Shown: positions 37,188 to 51,166, counted from the stretch's first letter. The stretch is DNA of 64,000 bases from Eledone cirrhosa (GCA_964016885.1 OZ024740.1:146010001-146074000); one strand, 5' to 3'. The notes: generated by a model from the sequence alone, not told the origin. Made by a program: numbers and translations.

Positions 37188-37751
37188 TTCAAAGGAATAT
37201 AAATTAAGATAAGGAGAGAATGTTACATAATGTAATGTTCCATATATTGGTATTTCACTATGGTGTCCTGGGTATATCTATTGTCTGCCATAGTCGAGCA
37301 GTATTCTTCTGTCGAGGTTGCATTGTGTGAGATCTGCCTATGGGTAACAAGATGGCCACAATGGACATATTTACCTTACTAATTAGAGGGTGGTTTCAGG
37401 GGAAGTAACTCCTCGAGAGATTAGAAATTGTGGGTAGTTTATAGTTAAGTGCTAATTTTTTAATTTTTTAATTGAGAGACAATATAATTATCTAAGTTAG
37501 TTATAGCTATTTAACTTATTAGCTACAAGTAAAAATGGGGCTAGATGACTATGTTGGGTCAAATATTCTGTTGGCGAAGGAATTAACCCTTCGATGTTGA
37601 CAGCTAATAGTTACCTCCGTTCTATCGTTAATCGGTAGAGGTCGTGATAGAGTTATGTAATATGCTTCGGTTATGTAATATGCTTCTAACTAATTCACCA
37701 ATCTCTCCTCTCCTATCTCCATCTCTCTCTTTAAGATTGGTTACTCTTGAA

Positions 37752-37798
<47 letters not shown>

Positions 37799-38391
37799 TA
37801 GATTTAATATGCAAATGAAGTTTGTGCATATGCTGCAACACTGACTTTAACTCCTTTAAATCTATTTACACTCTGTACACTACAGCCATAACACTGGAAT
37901 ACAACCCAACATAACAGCATCAAGTGCTTTGAATGGCATGCCATGTGTAACTGTTGTTACACAGCTAACTAACATACACACACACATATGTGGGTATATA
38001 TATATATATATATATATATCATCATCATCATCATCATCAACGTTTAACGTCCGTGTTCCACGCTTGCATGGGTTTGGACGGGGGTAGTCCCACTTGAGGC
38101 AAGAGTGATTGTCTTGCTCGCATAGGACTGTCTGGCAGGTTTTCTACAGTTGGATGCCCTTCCTAACACCAACCACATTTACAGTGTGGGTCTGGGAGGT
38201 TTTTACCGTGTTGCCTACACTATATATATACATACACACATACATACACATACAGACAGACAGGGTGACACAAAAGTTGAACACCAGTAAAATAACACTT
38301 TGCCATGTCTTCATATTTGTTATTTTTGTAAGTAAATGTGATAAATGTTCATAAAAGGATGATTATTTTTATTTTATATATATATATATAT

Positions 38392-38668
38392 GTCGGTTAT
38401 GATTACAAGTGTTTCAGCTATACGAACAATAGAACAACTTTCTCATGAAATTAACAGGTATGTGGCTGAGCATTCCACTATCATATATCCCCATAATGTA
38501 GTTCTCGTGGAGATTCAGCATAGCACAGGATGTGACAAGGCTGGGCTTTTGAATTAAAAGTACTAATTATTTTAAAGTGATTTGCTTAAGGATACAACAC
38601 GCTACAGGAATCAAACCCACAACCATAAGATTGTAAGCTGAACACCCTAACCACTAAGTCACACACCT
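38392..38668 (-). mobile_element. tRNA-derived SINE (related copy ~42560-42865)
   Basis: Minus-strand TGACTTAGTGGTTAGGGTG A box and GGTTTGATTCC B box; shared CTCATGAAATTAA..TGGCTGAGCATTCCA..TGTGACA segment. Confidence 0.7.
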
Positions 38669-38915
38669 TCACACACACATGCACACACACAAATATATAT
38701 ATATTTATTTCCTCATTTGATTGATAGTTGAAACTTCACTTTTACCAGAAATGATTGTGTATGTGTGTGTGGTTTTAAAAATTTCATAACTCATGTTAAT
38801 GTTTATTTTTTTAATATTAACCAGAATTGAATTGCATTTGTTATTTAAAATGTTGTGAAATTTTTATATATAAATTGTTTTTTTCTTTTAATTTCTATTC
38901 CTTTTGTCATTTTAG

Positions 38916-38990
38916 CCTTATGGCCCCAGTTTATTACCAGAAGTCATATGTATTATCACTCCCATTGAAGCTGTCAATATGTACAACTCT
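38916..38990 (+). CDS. DENND2: DENND2-like exon (PYGPSLLPEVICIITPIEAVNMYNS)
   Basis: tttag/gtaagt; LPEV.CII cDENN start; phase 0-0. Confidence 0.95.
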
Positions 38991-39939
38991 GTAAGTAAAT
39001 ATTTTATTGCTGCCTTCTAATATAATTATTTAATGTATATGCTTATCCAAAGTAGAGTTGGATTAATTCTTTTGTTATCACATTTCTGATGAAATACACT
39101 GCGTATGTGTGTTATGAAATAAATAACTTTTTCATTAGTAAGCTGATGTTCCAAACCTTACTTAACAAATATTTCTTAAATAAAATTATGATGGAAATTT
39201 TTAATATAAGTATGAGCATTTTAAAATGAGCCTTTGTGTATCATAAAACTGGCTTGGTTTCAGGGAGGTTGTTATCAAAAGGGTTAACTGAATGGCAAGT
39301 GTAGTATATGCTGGAAGACCAAGGGCTCTGCATTAAATGCCTGCATACTATCAAATCCAGTTTAGTGATTCTGCACATTGGATCATTACTATTGTAATAT
39401 ACTGTATCAAACTTTTATGAAAGACTAGATTTTTAAGTGGGATCTTATACACCTTAACATTTTTTATATCAAATCACCAAAAGCTGCCTCTTGTCCTATA
39501 AAAAAAACAGCGTATTTTAAAGGGATTCTGTTTAAATTAAAACCTTCCAACTCAATTTTATTTTGGTTATGTTACAGATACCATCTTTATAATGAAATAA
39601 TTAATGATTTTAGTTCATCCCTCGAAATCTTTCAATAACTAATTTAAATACAGTGTATTTCATGGTAAAGAAAGGGTTAAATTAAACATATTATTAATCT
39701 TATTTATTGGAAATCGTAAGTGGGAAGATTTATTACATTGTTGTCAGACGCTACTCAATACACTTGACATTCTAATCCTCTAATTCTATGCATTAAACTT
39801 GTCATACAATAATTGAACTTAATTATTATTTTTCTCATAAATATAATTGGTTGATTGAATCAAATTGTTACTAATATATGATCTCTGTCAAAAAAGTATC
39901 TGTCATTAGGTTGAAAAAAGTAAATTATGTAGTTGGTGG

Positions 39940-40355
39940 GGTACAGTTGCTAATACCATTCAAAGTTCATTTAGAACAGTGATCCTTCCACTGTTTGAAG
40001 TCCATCTGGAATGCTTCTTCCAGAATGGCTTTGAGCTCTGCTGCTGCAGTTTGTATTATGTCCTCTCGGCTCTCAAAGAAGTCAAAAGGAGCCATATCTG
40101 AAGAGAAGGGAGCCTGGCGATTGAGTGAAATACATTTCTTTGCCAAGAAACCTTGGATCAGCTACAGTGAGTGAGCTGGGGTATTGTCATAATGCGGTAT
40201 TCAGTTTTGCGAGGCCTACAGATCCTGTTTCTTGCATCAAACTGTATCATGAAGACATTTGGTAATACTCCTCTGTAACTTTATCCTTCTGTGCATCTCA
40301 GTGATGCACAATGCTTTAGTAGTCAAAGAAAACAGTCAGCATCACCTTGATTTGA
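39940..40355 (-). mobile_element. Decayed mariner transposase fragment
   Basis: Minus RQAPFSSDMAPFDF (YSPDLAP.DF motif) and an HDN motif (CATAAT region at ~40190). Confidence 0.65.
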
Positions 40356-41084
40356 TATCAAAAGAATTAATTTGACTTTGATTCAAAATAGATATAATGT
40401 TAATCTATGTTTGTGCCGCCAGAAAAAATGTATTAGAGTTTGGTGTAAGAAAAGTTCTTGATAAACTAAAAATATTTTGCTGTTAGAACATTTTTTTCCA
40501 TTTTTTTTTTTAGCATAGAGCAAAATGTGTACAATTGTGTGTGAATGGGTATACTATACAAATATTTGCATGCATACACATGCGTTCATACACACATGCA
40601 TGTGCATACACTACTTTGAGCAAAATATTTGATCAAACAATTTTTCCTGATGGTCACTTTTGTTACCTGGTATACATCTAAAGTTCTGATTCCTCTGTTT
40701 GTGTTTCTAATTCTTGCAGTGAATACACAATCGTGTTTCCCAGTGTAATACACAAGGACACTTATCTAGTGTTACTAGATATTTGTGCAATATTCATACA
40801 AATAGTTTTATCCAGGACATGTTGACCTTTAAGTCTTTTCACATAGATGACTTTTCTGCTTCAGCTTTTTTCAACTGCTCTTTGATAACGAGAACCGGGC
40901 CTCTAGCATGCATGCACAGGCGCTCACACACACACAGTCATATATTTGCATACATACAGACAATCATGTACTGAATCTTATGGTTGAACCAATCAAAGCT
41001 GCAGAATTCCTGGACCATTTGAATTCAATTTAATGTCACACATTTCATGGTTTTAAATTTTACAGTGATTGTTGTTAATGATTT

Positions 41085-41767
41085 TTTAGCAGAAATATCT
41101 TTAAAATATGATTTTTTTGGTAGCGAGAAGGATCCTTTAAGAAGATTAGGTTATAAGGCTGTGTGTTTAGTGTTTCATGGTGAGAAAAAGATCAAATAGG
41201 TAAGCACAGTGAGGAAATATAAAAAAAAGGTTTATTTTTCTCCGTAAAATATTACAATAGAATGTTAGGCACCAGTTGCCTGACACCTTGTACGTCGCAT
41301 ATTAATTTGCATTCTCTGCGCCCTTGTCAGACGCAACTTGCCTCTATTGGACCCCAGGTCGGTCGTGTAATTAATATGCAAAGTTTTAGGTCTTTGACGA
41401 GCCAACATGAAGCAACTGGCAAGATGAAACATTTACCAAGGAACTTTGGCCCTCTCGGCAAGGGCCCAGCAACATCCTATCTAGATATAATATTCACCAA
41501 CTTTAGCAGAAATATTTTTAAAATATGATTTTTTGGTAGCGAGAAGGATCCTTTAAGAAGATTAGGTTATAAGGCTGTGTGTTTAGTGTTTCATGGTGAG
41601 GAAAGGATCAAATAGGTAAGGAAATATAAAAAAAGGTTTATTTTTCTCCATAAAATGTTACAATAGAATGTTAGGCACCAGTGTGGCATATATCTAGGTA
41701 GGATGTTGCTGGGCCCTTGCCAAGAGGGCCAAAGTTCCTTGGTAAATGTTTCTTCTTGCCAGTTGCT
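41085..41767. repeat. Interleaved direct (~185 bp) and inverted (~79 bp) repeats
   Basis: Direct 41085-41276 / 41502-41682; inverted 41411-41489 / 41689-41767. Confidence 0.9.
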
Positions 41768-42251
41768 GTATGGAACGCCATTAGTAACGTCTTGTCTCTA
41801 CGAAAATGAAGCTGCAACTCTTTAGAAGTGAAAAGGAAGGCGTGAAGCAACTGCTGGGCAGAAGTCGACTTTTTAGTATTCAAACACTGCTAAGCCTAAG
41901 GGCTGGTGAGTGACAAAGTACAACCCTATCATTCCTCTGCAATATGGTAGAGTCATTGCTTGCTACATTTACTCCTCCGTAGACGAAAGACCGCTATAAT
42001 ATTTTTAAAAAAGGGAAAGCAAAGGCAAATATATTTACACAATGAAAATGTTCACAAGAGTGTAAGAAAAGGCAAAACACTGCAATTTCTAAAATAATTA
42101 GCGAGGTATCATTAGAAATTTTATACCACATAGGGTTTCTAAATTGCATTAAAAATCAATAAAATTTACATTTGGGAGTTAAATAATAATGAGTAGTGTG
42201 ACAGACAATGGGATAGCTAATATCTGTTTCATATCAAATTTCATTTTATAG

Positions 42252-42371
42252 TTATTGGTGGAAATGGAATCACGAAGGAAAAAATCACCTGAAGGCATGC
42301 AAGAACTTATGGCTTCTTCATTTGGTAGACCTTTACCAAATCCAGGAAAAGTTGTGACAATAAGAGCTATG
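42252..42371 (+). CDS. DENND2: DENND2-like exon (LLVEMESRRKKSPEGMQELMASSFGRPLPNPGKVVTIRAM)
   Basis: tttatag/gtaaat; P.P.PG.. cDENN motif; phase 0-0. Confidence 0.95.
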
Positions 42372-43189
42372 GTAAATGTTATTTTGTTTGTTTATTTCTC
42401 TCCCTTCTCCATCACATAGTTTTATATTAGGAATTGCAATGATGTGAAATTTTGTGAGAATTAAAAAAAAAAAATTTAAATAAACCAAAACATCAGCGAA
42501 CTTTAAAATTATACATTTTAAATGATGATAACAATAACACTGCATGAACCTCCTTCAGTTTCTATGAGTGTTCTAGATCAATGGAACAGTCTACTCATGA
42601 AATTAATGCTTTCATGGCTGAGCATTCCATAAATGTGCACGTAATTCTCAATGAAATTCAGCATGACCCAGTTTGTGACAGGTTGGCCCTTTGAATTTCA
42701 GGTACAGTCCATCCAACAGGCTTCCAAACAGTTTCTACCTATTCAATTTTACTCACAAGGCATGGGTCAACTTAAGGCTATGGTCATTGACATTTGCTCA
42801 AGCAGTTGGGCTAAACCTGGGACCTAATGATTGTAAAGGGAACTTCTTAACCATTCAGTCATGCTACATCCACAAGTCCAGCCATGCTGTAGCAGTAGTA
42901 AAAAGAGACACAAGACAACCAAGAGAAGATCATGGAAACTGAAAAACATAGGTTTAACCCTTTAGCATTTAAACTGGCCATATCCAGCCAGAATTCTCTC
43001 ACCTTTTTCTGTTCAAATTAGTTGTAACCAGCTGGTCATACCGACGTTAAGGTATTGTTCTCAATATAAATAATATCAAAATCTCGTAGATTCGATATTA
43101 TGTGAGATAAAGCCTTTTCTGTGAAAATACAATAGTAAATATAGACTAATGTGAATGCTAAAGGGTTAAAGAAATATTGGATGGCACAT

Positions 43190-44340
43190 ATATTTAGAAG
43201 GAGATAAAGACTATATTATAGAAAACAGCTGGGTGTTTCTATGAGACAAACCTACTGGAAACCACAGACCAGATCTGTGGATGAAGCAAAGTTCCAGTCA
43301 GTTAAGGTAACATGGTGGTGGAATGATACAGTAAATATAGTCAAACAAGCTACGATACTGGCCTGGAGAGAATGAAAGAAAATGGAGGAGCAAATAACCA
43401 TTCTCTGTAGTCTGGTGTTTACTAAGAGAACTAGATGTAAATGAATGGCTTGTGAGAGCTGTGCAAGTCATGTATGGAGATGCAGTCAGCAAGATGTTAG
43501 TTACCAATGAATTCATTGAGTAATTTATTGTGCAGATAGGCATCCATCAAAACTCAATTCTCAGTTTTCCAAGCCATAACAGAGGAGTTTAACATTGGCT
43601 CTCATTGTGAACTTCAGTATGCCAATGATCAAGTTCTTGTAGAAACAAAGATAAACCCCAGCTGAGTGGACTGGAACATCATAAAATGAAGTGCCTTGTT
43701 CAAAGGCACAATATGCCACCGACCCTAGGGATTGAACTCATAACCTTATGTTCATGAGCCCTACACTCTAACCACTATGGGTGTACAAAACGTCTAGTGG
43801 GATTATAGGCAAGCTAACAAAGGACTCCATATGTTATACATCTGCAGTAGTTAGCTGTAAGTGAACCCATGAAATACCTTAAAATTCTTGGGAGGCTCCC
43901 TAAAAGAAGTTGATAGCTTAGCTTCTATTACTTTGGTAACCTAATTAGCAATGGAGGTGGGTGTTCCAAATGTTTAACTGCCAAAGTAAGAACAGGGAGG
44001 ATAAAGTTCAAAGAGCTATTACTTTTGGCAACAAAGGAATTCTTTCTCTGAGGGAATTGCAGTCTGTATGATGCATATATAAGGAGTGCAATGCAGCATA
44101 GAAGCAAAACATGAGTATTGAATGCAGTGAATATATGAAGGCTGGAAAGAGATGCAGCAAGTATGCTTCACTGAATGCATGAGTATGTATCAACAACAGA
44201 ACACAGTTGAGTTGATAAAAATACAAGAGAAGAGATGCCAAGCTATCTAATTGGGAAGAACCTATAAAAGAGCAAGACCAAAGAAGACATGTGAAAAAGT
44301 GATGTAGGCTGATCTCATAAAATGATGATGAATATGGTGA
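43190..44340 (+). mobile_element. Highly decayed RTE fragments with a nested SINE (~43655-43778, minus)
   Basis: VTWWWND, EWLVRAVQVMY, GGGCS..KVRTG remnants. Confidence 0.65.
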
Positions 44341-44369
44341 TCTTTTTTTCTTTTCTTTTTTATTTTCAG

Positions 44370-44432
44370 AATGAAATAGGAGAAATAGATGTAATTGAAC
44401 TACGGAGACCAATGGATACTCATCTTGATGGG
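44370..44432 (+). CDS. DENND2: DENND2-like exon (NEIGEIDVIELRRPMDTHLDG)
   Basis: ttttcag/gtagat; ELRRPMD matches ST5/DENND2B; phase 0-0. Confidence 0.93.
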
Positions 44433-45329
44433 GTAGATATATTATCTTGCATAATAAAAATAATATGTGCTTATTCTAAACTTAGTATTTATTAATATTC
44501 CTAAACAATATATTGCCGTTCTTTTTTTTTCATCTTCTGAGTTTAAATCTGCTGGAAATGACATTGCCTTCCATACTCCCAAGAATGATAAAATAAGTAG
44601 ACGATCTATTTCCACACAAATTTGGGGCTTTGTAGAGTAAGAAATCATAATTTTAATAGTGTAAAACTGAAACAGACGTTTAGAATGCTAATTTTTTCCA
44701 AGTTGTGAACAATAAATTACCATATAGTTGTTAAAAAAGCAGTTCATGTAGATATTGTCATTTCTGACAACATAGCTAATATATTTTTTTAGATGACTAA
44801 ATTTTATTATTTAAATTATTCAGAATAATATAGAAGTTGGTGTTCAAAGTGAGAAAAGAATATTCCAAATTAACATACTAACATTTTGTAATCATGTAAA
44901 TCATTTCTGAATATCTATGAAAAAAGATATAACACAGTATTTGTAATGTTAAGGGATGACATACAATTTCAAAGTAAGAAGAGCAATTTCAAAATGTGTA
45001 CACATCACTTCAAAGTGGGATATAATCACTTCAAAGTTGGAATAGCAATTTCATAGTGAGCTCACTTAAAACTTAAACCTACTTGATTTTATTAATCAAG
45101 AATACATAATGTATCGACTCCATGCTACTCTAATATATATCTTCATTGTATTGTATTTTCCTGTGTTGTTTATTGGTTTACTTTTTGCATGTATGTGTGT
45201 GTGTGTGTGTGTGTGTGTGAGAGCATGGCTGTATGGTTAAGGAGTTTGTTTTGCAACCATATGGTACCGAGTTCATTTCCATTCCATTCCATGGAACTTT
45301 GTTCAAATATCTTCTACAATATCCTTAAG

Positions 45330-46170
45330 TGGTACTCAGATAAGACCCTGATTCCCTCTGGAAAGTGGCCCTGCTTCATATGTAGAAAAGGATTAGGCAT
45401 AAACTCCATATGGTGTATACAATGTAAATCTTGGGTACACAAGAGATGTAGTGGGATAACAGATAGACTAACAGGAAAGGAAGACTTTGTATGTAGTTGT
45501 ACAGGAGAAATCAAAGGGAAGAGTAGCAGTGATATAAACCTCTTCAAGTCATAGGAAGGGTCCATAGAAGTGGTTGACAGCTTCTGCTATCTAGGTGACT
45601 TAATCAGCAGTGAAGGAGGGTGCTCTGAGAGCATAATAGTCAAAATAAGAATAGGATGGAAGCTGTTTAGAGAGCTACTCCCACTGTTGACAACAAAAGG
45701 TTTCTCTCTTCATACAAAAGGGTGACTGTATAATGTCTGTGTGCAAAGTATGATGCTGCATGGTAGTGAAACATGGGCAGTGACTTCAGAAGACATGTGT
45801 AAACTGGAGAGAAATGAAGCAGTCATGCTTTGTTGGAAGTGCAACGTAAATATGAAAGAGATAGGCAGAGCTTGGATGAGCTAAGGGAGAAGCTGGGTCT
45901 AAGAGGAATCCAAGGTGGTGTGCAAGAGAGATAACTGTGTTGGTAGAGAATGGTGATCAATAGGTGAAGTGGTGCCAGGAAATCCCAGTGGATAGAAGCC
46001 ACAGTAGAGGTAGAATGAGAAAGACCTGGACAGAAGTAGTGAGAGCTGACCTCAAACCACTGAGACTCGTTGTGGAGATGACGAAGAAACATGGTAAGTG
46101 GAGAGATGTTATGTTGAAAAAGATCTGTCCAACCCATACAAGTGTGGAAAAACAGTGATGATGATGATGT
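45330..46170 (+). mobile_element. RTE LINE 3' fragment
   Basis: PSGKWPCFICRKG..WVHKRCSGI, FCYLGD, HGSETW; (GAT)n tail. Confidence 0.88.
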
Positions 46171-47532
46171 TGCTTATATAAGACTGAATGACTTTAAGAA
46201 ACTCAGCCTCACAAGGACTGCAAGGGCTGGCACTATGCTGTGGTGGTGAAGACCTGGCCACAAGCATACAATGTGACCTAACTCATCCCTGTGTCTCGCC
46301 TCCACAAGCACTCCCAAGCAGCTATCCTCATCACTGCCTCCACCCATGCCCCTTCCTGTACCACTCCTTAGCTATTCCTTCCTCTAATCCCCTAAGATAC
46401 CATCACTTTCGCACCTGGGTAGCTACTCTCTCTACCCCCTGTGCACTTCCTCCACTACCATCACTTAGTTATCTCTCCATCACTACATCCTCTGCATACT
46501 ATTGACAACATCATGAAGTCCTCACTGCCACATCCTCTCTCCCCATATACTATCAGTCACTTCTTCCCTTACTCATCTCCCTGCCAAATTACCACACTTG
46601 CTATACACCCCTAACTCCATACCTATCTACCATCCCTTATCGTCTCCACAAAAAAATCCCACAGAGGAGAGAGGGCTGTTCACTTGGGACTATGACCAAC
46701 AACCACTCTAGTAACAGTGCCTCGAAAATGCACCTGGTACACCCTGTAAGGTGGTTGGCAACAAGAAAGGCATCCTGCTGTAGAAACCATGCTTAAAAGG
46801 GTTAAGGGGATCTCTCAGTTGTGTCAATGGCATAACAACCTCTCTACTGCTGGTAATTTACACAATAAATACACCCAGTACACTCTATAAAGTGGTTGGT
46901 GATAGGAAGAACATCTAGCAGTAGAAAGCTTGCCAAACAAAGGATTGGGAGGACTCTCCTGTCATGTCAAAAACATGACAACCTCTCTCGTACTGATGCT
47001 ATGATAAAATGCATTTGGTAGAATGTAGAACCATTTGTAAGCAAGGTATGAACTTGTGGCCTCTCTGGGAGGTCAGTAGTAGCCCTGTTTCAGTATTGAC
47101 TCTGTCTGTAAAGACCCATATAGCCCTTGTTAGCAAGGAAAGAGGATGTTAAATGATATATATATATACATCACAGTTTCAATCTACCAAATTTTACTTA
47201 CCAGCCATTGGTTACCCTGAGACTGTGATAGAAGTCACTTCCCCAAAGTACTGCATACCAGAATTGAACCTGACCTGTGTAGCTGCAAAGTAAATTTCTT
47301 AAACACACAATCATGTCTGTACCCATAATGATAGGGAAGAAACTAAGGTTTTCCTATGGTCATATTCCACATGTATCATGTATAATACTATTCTGAAAGA
47401 ACTATTTGCTCTCCTCAACTTTTCTTTATTTAAAAATGTTGGTGCTAGATTTTGTTTTTATTAAATGTTTTAATGTATTGTTTTCTCTTTTAAACATTAA
47501 AAATTGCTTTTCATTTTGTTTCTAAATTTCAG

Positions 47533-47639
47533 TTGAATTTGGAGTCTTTATTGTCATTGTTAGGAATAGAGAAGCTTATATGGATATTCTCTACACTTTT
47601 AGTTGAAAGAAATGTTATCCTATGCTCCAAGAATCTCAG
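47533..47639 (+). CDS. DENND2: DENND2-like exon (LNLESLLSLLGIEKLIWIFSTLLVERNVILCSKNLS)
   Basis: tttcag/gtaaca; LL.ER.VI cDENN motif; phase 0 to 2. Confidence 0.97.
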
Positions 47640-47708
47640 GTAACATTCACTTGGATATTAAATTAATTTAGAATCTAATTAAAATACAAATGTCTTTTTA
47701 TCATTTAC

Positions 47709-47872
47709 TGTATTTCCTGGCACCGAAGACGCTTCATCCTCAAGGACACACCCTAATTTTGACCACCAAAAATTTGAAAAAAATAATAAACAACTTTCGG
47801 CCTCCAGGACGCATGGTAAATTTTTTAGACTTATTTTAAGAAAAAAGTAGTATCTTCGACGCTGGGAAATAT
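47709..47872. mobile_element. pogo/Tc2-type MITE
   Basis: TA|CTGTATTTCCTGGCACCGAAGAC with imperfect complement TCTTCGACGCTGGGAAATA. Confidence 0.55.
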
Positions 47873-48011
47873 TTGATAGCTTAGCATTATGTGTGTGAAT
47901 ATAAGAAGATAAAATTAAGAAATTTGAAAGAAAATAAACAAAATATTCTAGATATCTTTAATCATATGTTGTATTCATACCAGTGTTCTTTCTACTTTTC
48001 TCAGCAGATTA

Positions 48012-48493
48012 TCTAAACTATAATAAAGGAAGGTCTGCGGGATTGCGTACGGTTTATTTTTTTTATCCCGTTTGTAAAATAAGTTGGATTACTTTGAATA
48101 AATAATGAATGAATATTACATAATTTATCTACTAAATTTCGTGGCTGTTCATTAAATATATTTTGTTTATTTAAAGATTCACTTCTTTAAAATTTCTGAA
48201 ATGTCAACACTTCCGGTGGCGATCGCTTAAATAAATATACTAATTTTCCGTCACTAATTTTCTCCTAATGCAGTTTATATATAATATTGTCTTTTTTAAT
48301 GTATCATGGATTACGTTACTGATTACATAAGAGAGTGTAACACAGTCTTCATTCAATTTCTATGTATAATATATTGTCAATTACGATTTTATTTGATGTA
48401 TCATATCTACATGTATATATACTTGTGTATAATATCAATATACACTCTACACATGCTAGCAGAAAACCACCCGAAGGGTGGTTTTTCTGCTAG
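48012..48493 (+). mobile_element. Non-autonomous Helitron
   Basis: A|TCTAAACTATAATAAAG 5' end, subterminal hairpin CCACCC-GAA-GGGTGG, CTAG|T 3' end. Confidence 0.75.
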
Positions 48494-49342
48494 TGTGATT
48501 AAATATAGTTGTCATAGGCAAGATAAATAGCACTCCTGCTGATAAAACCTGTTTTGCATATACCTCCTGTTTCGCTTCCAGTTTCACAAAATACACATAC
48601 ATATGTGTGTGCATGTGCTCGCTCTCTCTCTCACACACATAATATAAAACTCTTCCCAAGCTCTTCTCCACTTCATATATCTCACCACAATAAATACCTT
48701 GTTGTTAAGTATGAAAATTTATTTGTTTACTCTAACCCTACAAAGTGAATGTTTTTGGTGGTGTCCATTTCATTTTCTTGAAACAAGACACTCCAGAACT
48801 AACTCTTCTCACCAAACACTTCTATGGTTTTTTCTTTTCTCTCTACAGAGATCTATCCTAATCTGTGGAAAAAATATTTACCATTCTTAAAAAGGGGTAA
48901 CGTTTCTGACCTCGCCATCTATTGTTTTTGCTTTTCATATCTCAAAGATGAGCCATGGAACTTCTTTTATCACAATGAGTCTTATTTCCATGTTAGTGAC
49001 CTCCAGAACAGTTTCAGTATAGCCAGGTTTACTGAAGACTTACTCTTCTACATGACACATTCCAATGAAAAATTTGGCAAAAGCAACATTCTTGATCTTT
49101 GCATCAGCAAAGGTTTTGGCTATGTCTAACATATGTGCCTCCTAGCTAAGTTACTCTATTTTTTGGATTGGAGTCCTCTCATTAATTAATTAACATTTTT
49201 TAAAATGATAACATACATAACTGAACTAGTGTAGTGAGTAGGGAAATGATTATATTTATCAAAATTAGAAAGGAATTTTTATAAAAATGTCAGTTTGTTT
49301 ATCCTTCGTGTCACTTCTCTTTTCCTTTTTATTTTGTTTCAG

Positions 49343-49520
49343 TTTCTTATCACAAACAATTCATGCTTTGGTTACTTTGCTTTATCCATTCCAATGGCAA
49401 CACACATATGTTCCAATTTTACCCTCCAACATGTTGGAAATAGTTTGTTCTCCAACTCCTTATATCGTTGGTATTTTATCCTCATATATACATGATGTGA
49501 AAAATATGCCAATTGATGAA
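49343..49520 (+). CDS. DENND2: DENND2-like exon (FLSQTIHALVTLLYPFQWQHTYVPILPSNMLEIVCSPTPYIVGILSSYIHDVKNMPIDE)
   Basis: tttcag/gtaagt; LLYPF.WQHTY.P.LP...PTP...G cDENN core; phase 2 to 0. Confidence 0.98.
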
Positions 49521-49863
49521 GTAAGTATCTATTAATTTTGTTTTCTTTTTTTTGAGAGTTAACTTGCAAAATGTTTGATTTTTTTTAATCATTATTATTA
49601 AATAATGTCTTTTGGGAATGCTCCAAATGAAATTTCTTTGAGTTGATTTGTTCACTGGAGAACTAGATAACTGAAATGTTATTTTAGATCCTTGTTCAAA
49701 TTGCATCAAATGGTACATAATATGTGCATAAAAATAAAATAATACCAAATATTCATATAAAACATTAACTAGACCTCTCCATACTGCATTAACTACTAAT
49801 AGAAGGGTTAAACCTCTTTCTTGTAGGGTATTAATCTAGTAAGTAGATAAAACCAGTGTAGAT

Positions 49864-50885
49864 TCATCATCATCATCATCATCATCATTTAACATCCATT
49901 TTTCCACATTAGCCTTGGTTAGATAAGTTGTCCAGATGTGAGACAGGCCAGATCAGATGACGATGTCTTCATACAGAACTGATTCTGGCTTGGTTTCTAT
50001 GGCTGGATGCCCTTCCTAATACCAACCATATTTGCAGTATATACTGGGTGCTTTTTATTGTGGCACTAAAATGACCACTTTACAGTGTGGGCTGGGCACT
50101 TTTTGTTGTGGAACAAAAACAACCACTTTAGAGTGTAGACTGGTGGCTGGGGTGAGGGAGTTGCATGGAGATTGGAGCGGTAGATCTAGGGTGGGGCAAT
50201 ATCTGGTGAAGGGTGGGGTGTACGGACATGGGTAGAGAGAGGGGAGGTAGAAGGTGGTGCATATTAGATGTACTTCAATTCGTGAACATGGGAAGGTGGG
50301 TTGTCTGTCTTACTGCATAATGCCAGAGATCTCGATCCTGTGTCATCGCTTTTGAGTGGAGCAATTATGTATGGTCAGCTTTTATCACCTCTCAAGTCTT
50401 CCTAGGTCTTCCTACTCCATAGCTTCAATCAACTTTGAGCACTTTACATCTTTTTATTTAGCTGTCATCCATCATACATATCACATGTCCATATCAATGC
50501 AATCTCCTCTCTGGTGCACTGCATCTGATCCCTCTTATACCCTGTTTGTCTCTCAGTTCACTTACACCTTGCCATTCATATATATTACTATTACACATCC
50601 ATTGAAGCATGCCAGCTTCATTTCTTTCTAATTTTTGCCAGTCCTCTCCACACATCGCCCAGGTCTCACTACCATCCAACATTGCTATTCTCACTACCAT
50701 GCAACATTGCTATTTGTATACACGCATCATATAATCTGCCTTCATTTTGAGGATAAACCTTTTGTAGCTAGCAAATAATAGTCGTTCCCTGAACTTTTCC
50801 CATCCTGTTCTCACTCTGGCTACTGTACTTTTGGAACACCTACTTCCACTGCTAATTTTTCGCCCAGCTAACAAAAGCTGTCCAT
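49864..50885 (-). mobile_element. Decayed RTE 3' fragment with long 3'UTR
   Basis: ORFs 50494-50700, 50710-50988 (GSETW, RVRTGWEKFRE); (ATG)n tail. Confidence 0.85.
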
Positions 50886-51042
50886 ACAAATAAGAATATG
50901 AAACAATTAAAAAGATAATATCTATTTCTAATATTTTGGTATTAATTCCATGTCTACCTCCTTTTTTTAAAATTAAGATATGATACATTATAATAACTAT
51001 TCAATAATTTCTGATTAAATGAAATTTTTATTTCTTCTCTAG

Positions 51043-51166
51043 GTTGTTATTCTTGATTTGGAGAAGAAGCATTTTGTAAGTAATATTGGTGATGAATCCA
51101 GTATTTTACCAAAAAAAGTGCAAAAAGCCTTGAAATCTGCACTAGAGATTGCCCGCAATGATATTG
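51043..51166 (+). CDS. DENND2: DENND2-like exon (VVILDLEKKHFVSNIGDESSILPKKVQKALKSALEIARNDI)
   Basis: ctctag/gtaaga; V..DL....GDE..ILP.K motif; phase 0 to 1. Confidence 0.97.

Noticed and set aside
48466-48487. Rho-independent terminator-like hairpin plus T-run
   Set aside because: Eukaryotic intron; explained as the Helitron subterminal hairpin
51076-51081. Consensus GTAAGT inside exon 51043-51166
   Set aside because: Use would frameshift and delete the conserved GDE..ILP motif; weak exonic context (TTT|GT)
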